Source of the DNA: Octopus vulgaris
Lineage: Eukaryota
Assembly: GCA_951406725.2 (NCBI GenBank)
Contig: OX597824.1
Location: 37,138,001 to 37,202,000 of the forward strand
Direction of reading: 5' to 3'
DNA length: 64,000 bases
Position 1 is the stretch's first letter, and the number at the start of each line of letters is the position of its first letter. The notes beneath the pieces were generated by a model. It saw nothing but the letters and a program-made list of their open reading frames with translations. It was not told the DNA's origin and did no database searches. The position numbers and the translations under genes were made by a program. This document shows positions 50,696 to 64,000 of the stretch, in pieces.

Positions 50696-50926
50696 TATTT
50701 CTTTACTACCCACAAGGGGATAAACACAGAGGGGACAAACAAGGACAAACGGATTAAGTCGATTACATTGACCACAGTGCACAACTGGTACTTAATTTAT
50801 CGACCCCAAAAGGATGAAAGGCAAAGTCGACCTTGGCGGAATTTGAACTCAAAATGTAACGGCAGACGAAATACTGCTAAGCATTTCGCCTGGCGTGCTA
50901 ACGTTTCTGCCAGCTCGCCACCTTTT
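50696..50926 (-). mobile_element. SINE family B
   Basis: 16-bp TSD AATATTGCATGGTAGT (50680-50695, 50927-50942). Confidence 0.88.
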
Positions 50927-51621
50927 AATATTGCATGGTAGTGTTGTTTTGTTCCAGGTCAGCTCTTATCAAGCAGACCTGTGATCATAAGTTTCCAACC
51001 CTCACCACCCTGTTCTTCTCTGGGTGCATTGTATATCTACTACTAAATAAGCCATTGTATCCATCCCTTCTGAAGATTGCAAAGTGTGATTTGAGGGAGG
51101 TTTGGTCATTAATTTTAGTAGATAAAATGACCACATAGAGGCTCATTCATTGACTTGTAATGCATCTAAAGGTTGCCAGAGATGGTGATAATCTTAAGGA
51201 ACTGAACTGGACTGGATGCTGAATGTTGATGCGTACCTATTGTGAGTTTAAATCTGGTGAGATGTCACTTTAGCTTTTTACCATTAGGATTTCTGAAATA
51301 AGTAAAAGACATTTATTCACATTGATTTAATATGATTAACAAAGTACTACTGTGATTTCTGACCTGATGGTTAGTAAATGAAAACCAACTTGTATCTCTG
51401 ATCGAAAGTCCACAGGGACAAGGACTTCCATTAAAACAGTCCAATCCAACCATGCCAGCATAAAATAAAGATGAAACAACAAAAGTAAATCTTCCTTTAC
51501 CAAAGTTGACTGGGGCCTATTTACAATGTATAAACATTCAATGATTATTGATAATCTATAGATTATGGTTACAAATAGTGTAAAGAATTGGTGCAAACAA
51601 CATATGCTTGTTTTGTTTCAG

Positions 51622-51806
51622 AAAAGGCAGGAGCTGAAAATATTATCCATGATTGGGGTGAAATGGATAAAGATGCTGTTTTGGCTTCGGAAAGTTCTTC
51701 TCGGTTAGCAATTTGCAACATGGACTGGGAAAATATCACAGCAGCTGATCTTTTCATTGTACTCAATTCTTTTAAACCACCACAAGGTGCTGTCCTTTCG
51801 GTTAAG
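51622..51806 (+). CDS. ESF1: ESF1 coding exon 4
   Basis: HDWGEMDKDA...RLAICNMDWENITAADLFIVLNSFKP..GAVLSVK, the conserved ESF1 RRM-like region. Confidence 0.95.
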
Positions 51807-53107
51807 GTAATATATTGATCTTATTATTGCACTGTAGTAATCATGACATTTAAGTCGCACATATACCATTACACTCACTCTTGTTTCATGTTGTATTATA
51901 TATACTCTTTACTCTTTTGCACGTTTCAGTCATTTGACTGTGGCCATGCTGGAGCACCGCCTTTAGTCGAGCAAATCGACCCCAGGACTTATTTTTTGTA
52001 AACCTAGTACTTATTCTATCAGTCTCTTCTGCTGAACCGCTAAGTTACAGGGACGTAAACACACCAGCATCGGTTGTCAAACGATGTTGGGGGGGACAAA
52101 CATATACACACACATATATATATATATATATACGATGGGCTTCTTTCAGTTTCCATCTACCAAATCCACTCATAAGGCTTTGGTCAGCCCGAGGCTATAG
52201 TAGAAGACACTTGCCCAAAATGCTATGCAGTGGGACTGAACCCAGAACCATGTTGTTCGTAAGCAAGCTACTTACCACACAGCCACTCCTATGCCTATTG
52301 AAAATTTCTCATCACTGACCTCTTCTCCAACCCTCTCTTCCACTGTTTCTCAGTCTCCAGATCATTATTGAATGACAAAAGTTTTTGACATTTAACCTGG
52401 CACCTGTGTCGGTGGCACGTAAAAAACACCATCCGAGCGTGGCCGTCTGCCAGCCTCCTCTGGCACCTGTGTCGGTGGCACATAAAAAACATCACCCGAG
52501 CGTGGCCGTCTGCCAGCCTCGTCTGGCACCTGTGTCGGTGGCACATAAAATCACCCACTACACTCTCGGAGTGGTTGGCGTTAGGAAGGGCATCCAGCTG
52601 TAGAAACACTGCCAGATCTGACTGGCCTGGTGCAGCCTTCGGGCTCGCCAGACCCCAGTTGAACCGTCCAACCCATGCTAGCATGGAATGCAGACGTTAA
52701 ACGATGATGATGATGATGAACCCTTTAAGCCTTTAAATTGACCATATCCAGCCCAAATATTCTACCTATATTATGTTTAAATTGGTCAGTACTTGCACCT
52801 ACTCTACAATATTCTAAAATTAACGGTTAACCCTCATCAAAATCTCAAAGCTACAAAATAATGCATGAATGAATGCATAAATAAATATTACGTTTGACAG
52901 AATAATGTGAATGCTAAATGGTTAAATAATTAGGAGTGACTGTGTGGTAAGTAGCTTGCTTACAAACCACATGGTTCCGGGTTCAGTCCCACTGCGTGGC
53001 ACCTTGGGCAAGTGTCTTTTACTATAGCCTCGGGCTGACCAAAGCCTTGTGAGTGGATTTGGTAGACAGAAACTGAAAGAAGCCCGTCGTATATATGTGT
53101 ATATATA

Positions 53108-53336
53108 TATTTCTTTACTACCCACAAGGGGCTAAACACAGAGGGGACAAACAAGGACAGACAAAGGGATTAAGTCGATTACATCGCCCCCAGTGCGTAA
53201 CTGGTACTTAATTTATCGACCCCGAAAGGATGAAAGGCAAAGTCGACCTCAGTGAAATTTGAACTCGGAACGTAACGACAGACGAAATACGGCTACGAAT
53301 TTCGCCAGGCATGCTAACGTTTCTACCAGCTCGCCG

Positions 53337-53338
<2 letters not shown>
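53108..53338 (-). mobile_element. SINE family B nested in the (TA)n linker of a family A SINE
   Basis: Family A halves lie on both sides (52930-53107 and 53339-53610). Confidence 0.85.
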
Positions 53339-53409
<71 letters not shown>

Positions 53410-53954
53410 CGTGTGTGTTTGTCCCCCAACATTGCTTGACAACTGATGCTGGTGTGTTTATGTCCCCATAACTTAGCAGTTCGACAAAAGAGACCAATAG
53501 AATAAGTACTAGGCTTACAAAGAATAAGTCCTGGGGTCAGTTTGCTCAACTAAAAGTGGTGCTCCAGCATGGTCACAGTCAAATGATTGAAACAAGTAAA
53601 AGAGTAAATGAAACCAAGTAAATACAGTGATAAGTGTTTGTGTGTGCATTCTAGGTAAATGTTGCCTCTCCATTATTTTGTAGTTGTTTCACTTTCCAGC
53701 ACCACTTTCAGAATCAACTGAACTTGTTAAACAGTTTTGAAATTTATCAAGTTTGTTTTCCCATAATGCCATTGTGTAGCTGGATTAGGAAAATCCCTTA
53801 CAATTTATCCTTATTGGGTCAGTTGCATATTTAATAGCATCATGGTGTTGTGTTGTGTTTCTGGCAGCAGTGACATTCAAAGACCTCAATCTATATTACT
53901 TTAGACAGCTGTGAGTGTAGTGTCAAAGGTCACAGCTATTGTGCTATCATTTAA

Positions 53955-54173
53955 CCCTTTGCATTCAAATTAATATGTCAGAAGTAATCCTTATTCATTT
54001 ACATTTTAAAAAATTAATCTGGTATTGTCTTGTAGCTTCAAGATTTGAAAGATGTAATTGTTTATTTTTAGAATGACATTGCAGGGTAGGTGTGAGATAC
54101 TGGTTCTGGCCAGTTTGAGCATAAGATGAGTAGAATATTTGGGCCGGATATAGCCGGTTTAAACACTAGAGGG
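53955..54173 (+). mobile_element. piggyBac-like MITE (family 1)
   Basis: TTAA-CCCTTT...AGAGGG-TTAA. Related copies at ~7905-8130, ~12225-12445 and ~52718-52925. Confidence 0.78.
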
Positions 54174-54197
54174 TTAAAAGTTACAAAAGTAGTTTAA

Positions 54198-54416
54198 CCC
54201 TTTAGTGTTCAGATTATTCTATCAAACATAATGCTTATTGATTCCCATTGATTTGAATTAATCATGCATTATCTCATATCTTCAATATGTTGATGGTGTA
54301 ATTACTTAATGTAGAATAACATTGTAGGGTAGGTGTGAGAGCCTGGATCTGGTCAGTTTGAACATAAAACAGATTAGCTATTTTGGCTGGATATGGCCGG
54401 TTTAAATACTAAAGGG
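54198..54416 (+). mobile_element. piggyBac-like MITE (family 1), adjacent second copy
   Basis: TTAA-CCCTTTAG...CTAAAGGG-TTAA. Confidence 0.8.
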
Positions 54417-54441
54417 TTAAATATGTAATTTGATTTTGTAG

Positions 54442-54565
54442 ATCTATCCATCAGAGTTTGGACTGAAGAGAATGGAAGAGGAAAACCGGAAAGGCCCAAT
54501 TGAACTTGCTGAAATAGTAAAAGACTTGTCAGATGATGAGAACAATGACAGCGAAGCCAAAGAAG
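54442..54565 (+). CDS. ESF1: ESF1 coding exon 5
   Basis: IYPSEFGLKRMEEENRKGP, a conserved motif. ttgtag / gtaatt sites. Confidence 0.95.
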
Positions 54566-56023
54566 GTAATTGCTTGATTGTCTTTACAGATTTAGATTTA
54601 TTAACAGTTCGTGTTTGTATTTCTGTTAATACAAAGGAGGGTAATGATGTAGCAGAAACAATAAGCAAGTAGCCAATTTTACTAAGTACCACATAAAAAG
54701 TGCTGGTGCTGATGCCATGTAAAAAGCACACAGTACACTCTGTAAAGTGGTTGGCATTAGGAGTGGCATCCAGCTGTAAAAACCATGTCAAAGCAGACAT
54801 TGGAATCTGCTGTAGCTCCTAACATTATCGGCCCCTGTCAAACTGTCCAACCCATGCCAGCATAGAAGGCGAACATTAGATGATAATGATGTACAAGCAT
54901 TAGAAATGGGCACAGAAGTATTTTTGGAGATGAAATTTGTTACATGGGAGTCGGAAATGTATTTCATCATCATCATCATGCTCCAGTCTGATCTGGCAGA
55001 GTTTCTACAGCTGGATGCCTTTCCTAACGCCAACCACTCCAAGAGTGTAGTGGGTGCTTTTACGTGCTACCGGCACGAGGGCCAGTCTGGCGGTACTGGC
55101 AACGGCCATGCTCAAATGGTGCTTTTTACGTGCTACCTGCACAGGAGTCGGTCCAGCAGCACTGGCAACGACCTCGCTCGAATGTTTTGTTCACATGCCA
55201 CCGACACAAGTACCAGTAAGGCAACACAGGTAACGATCATGCTCAAATGGTGCTTTTTATGTGCCACCGGCACGGAAGCCAGACAGCTGCTCTGGTAGTG
55301 ATCCCGCTCGGATGGAGCTGTTAGCGCTAAAAACATAAAGACGACAAAATATCACTAAGCATCTGAAGAAATTCAGAGATTATTTTAAGTTCAAATCACT
55401 CTGCTGTCAACCATGTTTTTCATCCCCTTTTGGGATCAATAAAATAAATACCAATAATACACAGCAATTGATTCACTTGACTACAACCTTCTCATACACA
55501 TCTGAAGCCTTGTATTAAATGTCACTTTTATCAGTTCAGTACAGTGCTATAAATTATAGCATAGTGGAGTAAATGCCTTGCACTATTTTATTACAATGCC
55601 TTTTGGTTTTGATTTAAATCCTAACCTGGGTCAGCTTTACTCTTTATTACTTTAAGATTAATACCAGTCATATACAAGAGTAATTAGACAACTCTCAGTC
55701 CTTCTTGTATTTGAGGCAATGTTCATCAACATTATTATATTGTATATATGTATAATATAGTAAAAAAAAAAAAAACCATCACACGATCCCTATTGATCTT
55801 TTTTTTTTTCCTTTTTACGATCCCTTTTGATCAAAAACCTACCCCAATTTTTTTTTTTCTCCTCAAAAAGAAAATCCCTACTTTGTAATTTGTCCCGTCT
55901 TTGTGCAGCCCTGTGTGGCTAATAAAGAAACATAATATAGTAATATCTATTATATGTACATATTTTAATGTATACTGTATTAAACTACTACTTGAGTTTT
56001 CTTCACTGTTTGTGTGTTTGTAG

Positions 56024-56183
56024 GAAATACTTTCCATAATGAAAAGTTACGTCAATATGAAATAACTCGAATGAAATATTATTATTCTGTGGTTGAATGT
56101 GATTGTGAGGACACTGCCAATTATCTTTATAATGAACTTGATGGCAGTGAATATGAACAAAGTAGGACCAGCTTTGATATGCG
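56024..56183 (+). CDS. ESF1: ESF1 coding exon 6
   Basis: EKLRQYEITRMKYYYSVVECD...YNELDGSEYEQSRTSFDMR. ttgtag / gtaagt sites. Confidence 0.95.
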
Positions 56184-57834
56184 GTAAGTAATATAAAAAA
56201 TTTTATTTTAGTTCCTCAATTAGTATTTCTAACTTATTTATTTGTAACTAACAAAGCCATGAGAACTTTTACACATAGTTAAGGAGGGACAAATTATCTC
56301 ATATGTAATCTTATGTTTTTTTTTTCCTGTTTCTGGGTTCAGACCCCACTGAGATTGACTTAGTTTTTTTTTATTTGTTGATAAGTTTGGGGTCAGTGGA
56401 ATAATTAAAGAATCATATTCAAACTTTCCCCAATATGAAGTTAGTTTTTCAGGGCCATTTTCAATTCAGTTGATTACAACTTCCACTACAAAACTTGTCA
56501 AGGCAACCAATCAAAAGAAATCAATAGCTTTTACTATTTTCCCCTAAAATAGCTGTTTTAATCTCTTGATATGATAGTATTTGATATTCAAATTTTTGGT
56601 CTTTTAAAATTTCACTTTCTCACATTTGATCTTATGATTGTTACTTACTGACTCTCCCACTCTCTTTATCTTTCCCTCTAACTTACTCTCCTTTCTTTTG
56701 CAACTGAGGTTTATTCATGTATCTGTTCTACAGCAAGACTCCTATCTCTGTCCCTCTATAGCTTTAATCTCTCAACTGCCACAAATCCAGCCACCTACCC
56801 TGACTCAGTGCTACTATCAGTTGAGAGGTTTTTGTCTTGCTAGGTACTTAGTGACGGTGTCATGTAAAAAGTAGTGTTGGTACCACGTAAAAAGCACTGG
56901 TAATGGTGCCCCATAAAAAGCACCCAGTACACTCTGTAATGTGGTTGGCATTAGGAAGGGCACCCAGCTGTAAAAACCATGCCAAAACAGACAATGGAAC
57001 CTGGTGTTGTTCCTGGCCTTGCCAGCTCCTGTCAAACCGTCAAAACCCTTGCCAGTGTGAACAATGGACATTGAAGGATGATAATGATGGTACTGAGGTA
57101 TTTTTACAACTGGAAATAAGTATTAGATATATTTTACTATTAGAGCAAAGAATATTTATAGCGGGATATCTTTTCTTCCTGTAACCCTGAAACCATAAAC
57201 TAGTAAAGATTGTTAATAGTCCAGTGTACCTTGAGATACATCATGCTGTAGCAAGATTTGAACTCTTGCCTTTGTGTTCACTTTTCAAGCTAATGCACTT
57301 CTCTGTAAAGCTTAAAACATGTTTGTCTTCTGCTTTAAAAAATGAATAGAAAAAAACTGATCTTTTATTTATCCATTGTTCATATTTATATTATATAGGT
57401 GTAGGAGTGGCTGTGCGGAGTAACTATAGGCGTAGGAGTGGCTGTGTGGTAAATAGCTTGCTTATGAACCACATGGTTCTGGGTTCAGTCCCACTGCGTA
57501 GCACCTTGGACAAGTGTCTTCTACGATAGCCTTCGGCCAACCAAAGCCTTGTGAGTGGATTTGGTAGATGGAAACTGAAAGAAGCCCATCGTATATATGT
57601 TTGTGTGTCTGTGTTTGTCCCCCCCCCACCATTGCTTGACAACCGGTGCTGGTGTGTTTATGTTCCTGTAACTTAGCGGTTCAGCAAAAGAGACTGCTAG
57701 AATAAGCACTAAGCTTACAAAGAATAACTCCTGGGTCGATTTGCTCGACTAAAGGCAGTGCTCCAGCATGGCCACAGTCAAATGACTGAAACAAGTAAAA
57801 AAGTATTGAAATATATTCTTTCACTAATCATAAC

Positions 57835-58200
57835 TTCATCGTCATCAACATTGAACATCTGATTTCAAGGCTGGCATGGGTTGGACCGTTTGACAGACTG
57901 ACAGGGACAGGAGCTGCACTAGGTTATATTGTCTGTTTTGGCTTAGTTTCTATGGCCGGATGCCCTTTCTAACACCAACCACACCACGAACTGTACTGGG
58001 TGCCTTTTACATAGTACCTTGGTTTTAGGATCCTTATTCTGTTGTGGGCGGGTTTTCTCTGGTACAGCAATGCACCACGTATCTAGGTCCTCTGTCATTT
58101 CCTTTGTAAGGTTCAGCATTTTGAGATGAGCCTTTAATATTTCATCCCATGTCTTCCCGAGTCTCCCTCTTCCACAACTTTTTCTTCAAACTTTCGATAT
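57835..58200 (-). mobile_element. RTE LINE 3' fragment
   Basis: Minus strand encodes CGRGRLGKTWDE.LKAHLKMLNLTKEMTEDLDTWCIAV, followed by the RTE 3' UTR. Confidence 0.7.
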
Positions 58201-58232
58201 TTTTGTGTCAACAATCCTTCTGCAATTTTCAG

Positions 58233-58350
58233 ATTTATACCTGCTGATATGGAATTTACTGAGACTGCTCGGGATGTTTGCACTGAGATGCCTTCCAAAG
58301 ACCAATACAGACCAAACCAATTTGTGAACAATGCTATGAGTGCCTCTACG
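58233..58350 (+). CDS. ESF1: ESF1 coding exon 7
   Basis: FIPADMEFTETARDVCTEMP...YRPNQFVNNAMSAST. tttcag / gtaaaa sites. Confidence 0.93.
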
Positions 58351-58869
58351 GTAAAATAAATTCATTTCAAGTTACCACAAACTCAACATCCTCACAGAAC
58401 CATTTAGATTTTCATAATTCTATTATTCTTGATACAGAAGATGCAGACATGGCTGTGTGGTAAGAAGCTTACTTCCTGACCACATGGTTCCAGGTTCAGT
58501 CCAATTTTATGGCACTTTAGGCAAGTGTCTTCTACTATAGCCATGAGCTGACCAAAGCCTTGTGAGTGGATTTGGTTGGCAGAAACTGAAAGAAGCTTGT
58601 TGTGTGTGTGTGTCTGTATATATATATATATATAATGTCTGGGCTTGTCCCCCACTACCAATTGACAATAAATGTTGGTATATTTACATTCTTGTAACTT
58701 AGTGGTTTGGCAAAAGAAACTGATAGACGTGCTAGGCTTAAAAAATTCAAGTGCTGGGGTTGATTCGTTTGATTAAAAATTTTTCAAGATAGTGCCCCAA
58801 CATGGTCATAGTCTGATGACTGAAACAAATAAAAGACAGGGACTTATTCATTTTTTTTATTATTTTCTA

Positions 58870-59745
58870 TTAGGTTGTCAAGAAAGTTCTTGCGGTTTTT
58901 AACAACCTTTAAATTCAGATGCACTAATCGAAATAAACATTATCAGAATCAACACACTTTTGCCAATGCGAAACAAGTTTATTTATGCCAGTAGCATAAA
59001 AATCCTGTGTTCTGATGGCAATGAAGTCATTGAAGGCGTGTTTGGCATCACCTTGGTTTTTTAAGCATTTCTCACACAGGAAGTTGACGAGATGCTTCAA
59101 AAAGTGGTAGTTGGTAGGTGAGAGGTCTGGTGAGTATGGCAGATAAGGCAGAGTTTTGTAGCCCAATTCGTTCAACTTCTGCAGGGTCAGTTGTGCGACA
59201 TGCGACTGAGCGTTGTCGTGAAGAAGGATTGGTTCTTTTCTATTGACCAATACTGGCTGTTGTTGTTGGAGTTTCTTACGCATTTCATCCATTTACTGAC
59301 AGTACTTCTCTGCCATAATGGTTTCGCCTGGATCCAAAAAGCTGTGATGGATGAAAACAGTCTTTTTTGTTTTTTTGTTTTTGGTTGTCGTTCAATTTGT
59401 GTGGCACCCATTTCTCAAGTATTTTTGTTTTTCCAATCTCTTTCAAGTGGTTGGAAATTGTCGTATACTTACATCTAATTCAGAAGCAAGCTCTCGAATG
59501 GTTGTGCGTGGATTGGCTTTGACTAAGGCTCTTAGTTGATTGTTGTCAACATCCAGTGGCTGACCACTATGCTTATCATCTTCAAGACTCTCATCACCAC
59601 TACGAAATTTCTTGAACCGCCATTGTGCTGTACATTCATTAGTGGTTCCTGGGCCAAATGCATCGTTGATATCACAAGCTGTTTCAGCAGCTTTTCAGCT
59701 TAACTTGAAGTGGAATAAGAAAATTGTGTGAATTGTTCCGGAAAA
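58870..59745 (-). mobile_element. Decayed mariner transposase
   Basis: TA-TTAGGTTGTC TIR at the left end. ILLHDNAQSH and PYSPDLSPTNYH catalytic-domain motifs. Frameshifted N-terminal remnant WRFKKFRSGDESLEDD upstream. Confidence 0.88.
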
Positions 59746-59911
59746 AATGGCCTAATTCATTTCCCCACTCATATTAACAGTAGCTGCCACCTGCTCTGGA
59801 AACCACTGCTTATTAAATATATATATTTTGAAGTTCTTAAACAGTTTTTTTTTTCAATTCATAATCATTAAATGATGAATCTCTTTAGACCAATGTTCTG
59901 TTTTCCTGCAG

Positions 59912-60047
59912 GTGTCTCTGAGCTGGGATGAAACGAATCGCCACAGAGTAGAACTCACCACGCAAACATTTTCCAAGAAACAAGATGTGATAATGGATGA
60001 CTTCAAAGCTTATTTGGCTTCAAGTTCTGATGACACTGAAAATGAAG
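59912..60047 (+). CDS. ESF1: ESF1 coding exon 8
   Basis: VSLSWDETNRHR...DDFKAYLASSSDD. ctgcag acceptor, weak donor AAG|gtctca. Confidence 0.9.
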
Positions 60048-60292
60048 GTCTCATTTTTTAATATTTCCTAGAATTAATGACATCAAACAATTAGTCAAAG
60101 ATATGATTATTAATGAAATTATTGCACAATTAGTAACACATAGTTTAACTAATTCCATGTAACCCTCATAGAAGCTAAGAGTAATTATCATGGAATTTCT
60201 CACAATTAACAAGGTATTTACTAAGTTGCTGCTTAATTATCTCATTATGTAGAACAAACTGCTACACAAATCCTTCACACTTTGGTCTAAAC

Positions 60293-60541
60293 CAGTGGTT
60301 TCCAAAATGGGCAGTGTCTCAAAGTGGGGGAGGGGTAAAGAAAAGTAGGATGATAATGGGGTGGCGAATAGAGAGCAATGGATATAAAGACAACGAAATA
60401 ACAGGTTAATTATCTTAAGTTTTATTTGTGAAATACAGTTGTTTTGAATTTGTGGTGATGATGATGGGGGAGGGGAACGTTGCTAGGAATGTGGCTTGGG
60501 AGCCAAGGGGGCAGCAGCCCAGAAAAGTTTGGGAACCATTG
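60293..60541. mobile_element. hAT (Charlie-like) MITE
   Basis: TIRs CAGTGGTTTCCAAA / TTTGGGAACCATTG. Perfect 8-bp TSD GTCTAAAC. Confidence 0.85.
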
Positions 60542-60667
60542 GTCTAAACCTATTCTGGCTGATTAGTGATGCTTGGGTTATATTTTGTTGATGTCCCATT
60601 TCTTGTCTACATCAGTGAAGATTGTGGCTCCAATAAAAGATGTCTTTGTTGTTTTGTGTTTTTGCAG

Positions 60668-60838
60668 GACTTGATGCCATAGGAAGTGACAGTGATGACC
60701 ATTCTGGTAAGAGTGATAGTGAAAACGAAGAAGGAAGAGAAGCGAAAATGAACAAATATAAAAAGTTGCTTGAAGCTGCCACAGAAAACATGAAGAAGAA
60801 GCGAGGAAATGTTGAAATGGAAATAACATGGGAGCCAG
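60668..60838 (+). CDS. ESF1: ESF1 coding exon 9
   Basis: GLDAIGSDSDD...KYKKLLE...VEMEITWEPG. ttgcag / gtatgg sites. Confidence 0.92.
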
Positions 60839-62951
60839 GTATGGAATTAATTTTTCTAATGACCAGGTCGATTATACCTTTATGTAGGTGGTTGGGGTGG
60901 AGAGTGAATTGTTGTATGTGTTCGATACCACTTCAACATTGATGTTATGTCTCCAGTAACTGGTTTCTACAGATGATGTGAAATAAAGTATCTTAATGGT
61001 GAAACAAGTAATGGTTGGCATCAAACCCAAGGTGCCATGTTTACATGGTGTGGGTGCTAGTGCCACATGAAAAGCACCCAGTACACTCTGTAAAGTGGTT
61101 GGCATTAGGAAGGGCATCCAGCCATTGAAACCAAGTCAAAACTGCCTATGGAACCTGGTGGAGCTCCAGTCAAGCCATTCACTACATGCCAGTGTGGAAA
61201 GTGGATGTTAAATGATGATGATAATAAGGAAGGCATCCAGCCATAGAATATTGCTTCAAGAAGTTGTGACGAATCAATTCCAATAGAGAAAAAGAAAAAC
61301 AAGGATGTAAAAAAATGATGTGATCAAGGTTTCGCATTCAGTTTTTTGTAGGAATTATAGGGTTTTTGTTGTTGTTTTTCAACTGTTTTGATATGAATCT
61401 GCCCTGAGGCTGCCCCTGGTTCACTGACATGAAAGTGGTCTAAATTAAAAGCCTCCATCAAAATTCCATGTTAATTTATTCCAACCAGAAATTTTGTAAT
61501 GACACGTTTATTTTACTAAATTCTTCATTATTTGAAATATTAATTGAAGCTACTGGATTTTATAGTAACGTTGAAAGTTTTTAAATTTACAAATAACTTT
61601 CACTACAAATGTTGAGGCTAACCATTTGGTACATCATTATCTGCATAACGAGAATCTCGGCCTTCTCTTTAGAATGGAGAGATACTTTGAAAAGTTGTTA
61701 ACTCACAACAAGATCTGTAAATTCCTTGCAATAAGGTACTTTTATTTGCCATGGTATATCATCTAAATGTGAAATGCAGCAACGTATCATAAATGAATAC
61801 CTTTATGGAGACCTGTCGAAAGTTAGCATTAAGATCAGGCAAAGATGGTTGAGATTTATCTGCTCACTGCGAGCACCACACTGAGCTGGAAGCATCCAAA
61901 TTAGTCTTCTAGAATCCATCTCATGATGATGTAAGAAGAGGAAAATGTTATCACTCTCAGATCAACAACTTGACCACAGACACTGGCCTGGAATGTATTC
62001 AGGACTTCAAGGCAGTGATATTGGACCAAGAAGTGTATTGAGCAGACTTTGTTGCTATGGCCCAGGTTGGAGCCTGGTCATAGGATAGTATATCATCTTT
62101 AATCATTGGTAACTGCACAAAGGGAAAAAAAAAATCAATCGTTATTTGATCAAAGCTTCTTTGTTCAAAATTCTGTTGATTAAATTTCTGATTCCTCATT
62201 GTGCTGTGGTTCTCTTGCTACCACTTCTACTGCTATTACATTGGTCTGTGCTCCTCATTGCTTCTACATTTTTATCTTGTGAAAGTTAAATTGTTTCTTT
62301 CTTTTCAATTCTCAACAAACATTTTTACTATTATGTTCTGTTTCACTTTTTTTTTTCTTTCTATCCTTTATATTTTTGCAAAGCACTAACTTCCAACTTG
62401 CTAAGACCCATATTAGCCATAACAAGTATCACTCACCTCTTGACTATTCTGCATAAAGCAAACCACCATTGTGTAGGAGTGGTTCTGTTTCTTTTTGGAT
62501 CTGATACTAAATCTGGTTACCTACATAATTCAAAGGCAGGTGTAAATGTTTTCCAATGTGCTATATGCTATCGTTCCTCTAAATGACCTTTTTACCTTCC
62601 TTAAAGATAGGAATCCCTATTGGATTGAGGTCAGCTGCTACTAATACATAATTTTGTATTATATATTGTTCCTTTGAAGTTACACATCTTTAAATTTGGT
62701 TCTTATAATGACAGAAACTTTGTTTGATGGAATAAGCAGTTTCATGTTGATTTTATATGGGATTTTCAACTTCTACTTGACAATGGCCTTCATCATCATC
62801 CTGATCATTTAATGTCTGTTTTCCATGTTGGCATGGCTTTGTAATATCTTAAAAAGTTATCTCTTTTGATCTTACTAAGATTATTTCAAAATGTTTCTTT
62901 ACTATGAGATGTTCACATTGTATCAACATAAGTTTTTAATTTTTATTTAAG

Positions 62952-63073
62952 GCCTAAAAGAAAAGACTGAAGGCCTTCTCAAGCAAAGAAGTAAGAAACA
63001 GACTACAACTCCCTGGTTGGATTACCTTGACAAAGTAAAAACAAAACGGAAAGAGAAAAAATCTGCACGAAAG
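62952..63073 (+). CDS. ESF1: ESF1 coding exon 10 (gene continues beyond window)
   Basis: GLKEKTEGLLKQRSKKQTTTPWLDYLDKVKTKRKEKK. tttaag / gtagtc sites. No stop codon reached. Confidence 0.9.
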
Positions 63074-63810
63074 GTAGTCACTTACGTTTTAGCAATTTTT
63101 TTTTTTTTTTTTTTTTACTGTTTCTTCCTCCCACGACACCATCTCAGAGAATTACATCTAGTCTGGTTAAATGAATATCAGATTGTTGACTGAAGTTTCA
63201 ACTGTTTTGTATTCCACTACCAATGCAGTGCTGCACTTTTGCTGTCGCCCAGTTAATCTCACTACTTCTGTCAGTCTATCTTTATGTAAATGTTATGCTT
63301 GGGTACAGCTGGAACAATAACAAGATCACTATACTTGACAAGTATTTTATTAGAATGCTGTGTAGTTTGTTTTCTCATTTGAAGTAAGAAAGAAAAACTA
63401 CATTGTATCATTTGAAGGAGATCTTAGATAAACAATATGACAGCCTCTTCCTCTCACATTTTATAGTTTAAAGCCCTTAAGAAACATTGGCTCTATTTTT
63501 ATGTTAGAAACTCAAATTTTTCTAGAGATAGCACCACCATTTTTTTTTTTTCCAGTTAGAAAACCCTTTGTAGGTAAAATATATACAATCTGCATTGAAA
63601 AGAGTTTCACTAGAAAGATGTAAAAGAAATAATATCTATAGGCATCGGAGTGGCTGTGTGGTAAGAAGCTTGCTTACGAACCACATGGTTCCGGGTTCAG
63701 TCCCATTGCGTGGACCTTGGGCAAGTGTCTTTTACTATAGCCTTGGGCCGACCAAAGCCTTGTAAGTGGACTTGGTAGGCAGAAACTGAAAGAAGCCCGT
63801 CATATATATG

Positions 63811-63864
<54 letters not shown>

Positions 63865-64000
63865 TGTGTGTCTGTGTTTGTCCCTCCAACTTCGCTTCAC
63901 AACCGATGCTTGTGTGTTGTTTACATTCCCGTAACTTAGCAGTTTGGCAAAAGAGACCGATAGAATAAGTACTAGGCTTACAAAGAATAAGTCCTGGGGT

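Noticed and set aside
52395-52555. Repeat-spacer-like arrays resembling CRISPR (also 45290-45475 and 55055-55325)
   Set aside because: The linkers are homologous to each other, the arrays lie in RTE 3' UTRs, the DNA is eukaryotic and there are no cas genes.

Overview
AT-rich, intron- and repeat-rich animal genomic DNA. The SINE/RTE repeat content looks like that of a coleoid cephalopod such as Octopus; this is an inference from the repeats and was not verified. The window holds two divergently transcribed spliced housekeeping genes. GCC1 (GRIP and coiled-coil golgin GCC88) is complete on the minus strand: 9 coding exons, 30010->12904, 2166 nt, 721 aa. ESF1 (pre-rRNA processing factor) is on the plus strand: 10 coding exons from 46747 to 63073, continuing past the window end. 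The rest is transposable elements: several tRNA-derived SINE families, 5'-truncated RTE and CR1/L2-type LINEs, mariner remnants, Merlin-, piggyBac-, hAT- and pogo-like MITEs, Helitron/Helentron pieces and microsatellites. Four things stand out: (1) three unrelated repeats with minimal type I hammerhead-ribozyme folds, one in a tRNA-headed SINE with Penelope-style inverted ends; (2) a ~1.1 kb spacerless palindrome in the ESF1 5' intron; (3) an exact 30-nt direct repeat bracketing that intron once a SINE is removed; (4) stacked uORFs at the GCC1 start codon. All calls were made by eye without database searches, and repeat boundaries are approximate unless a TSD is given.
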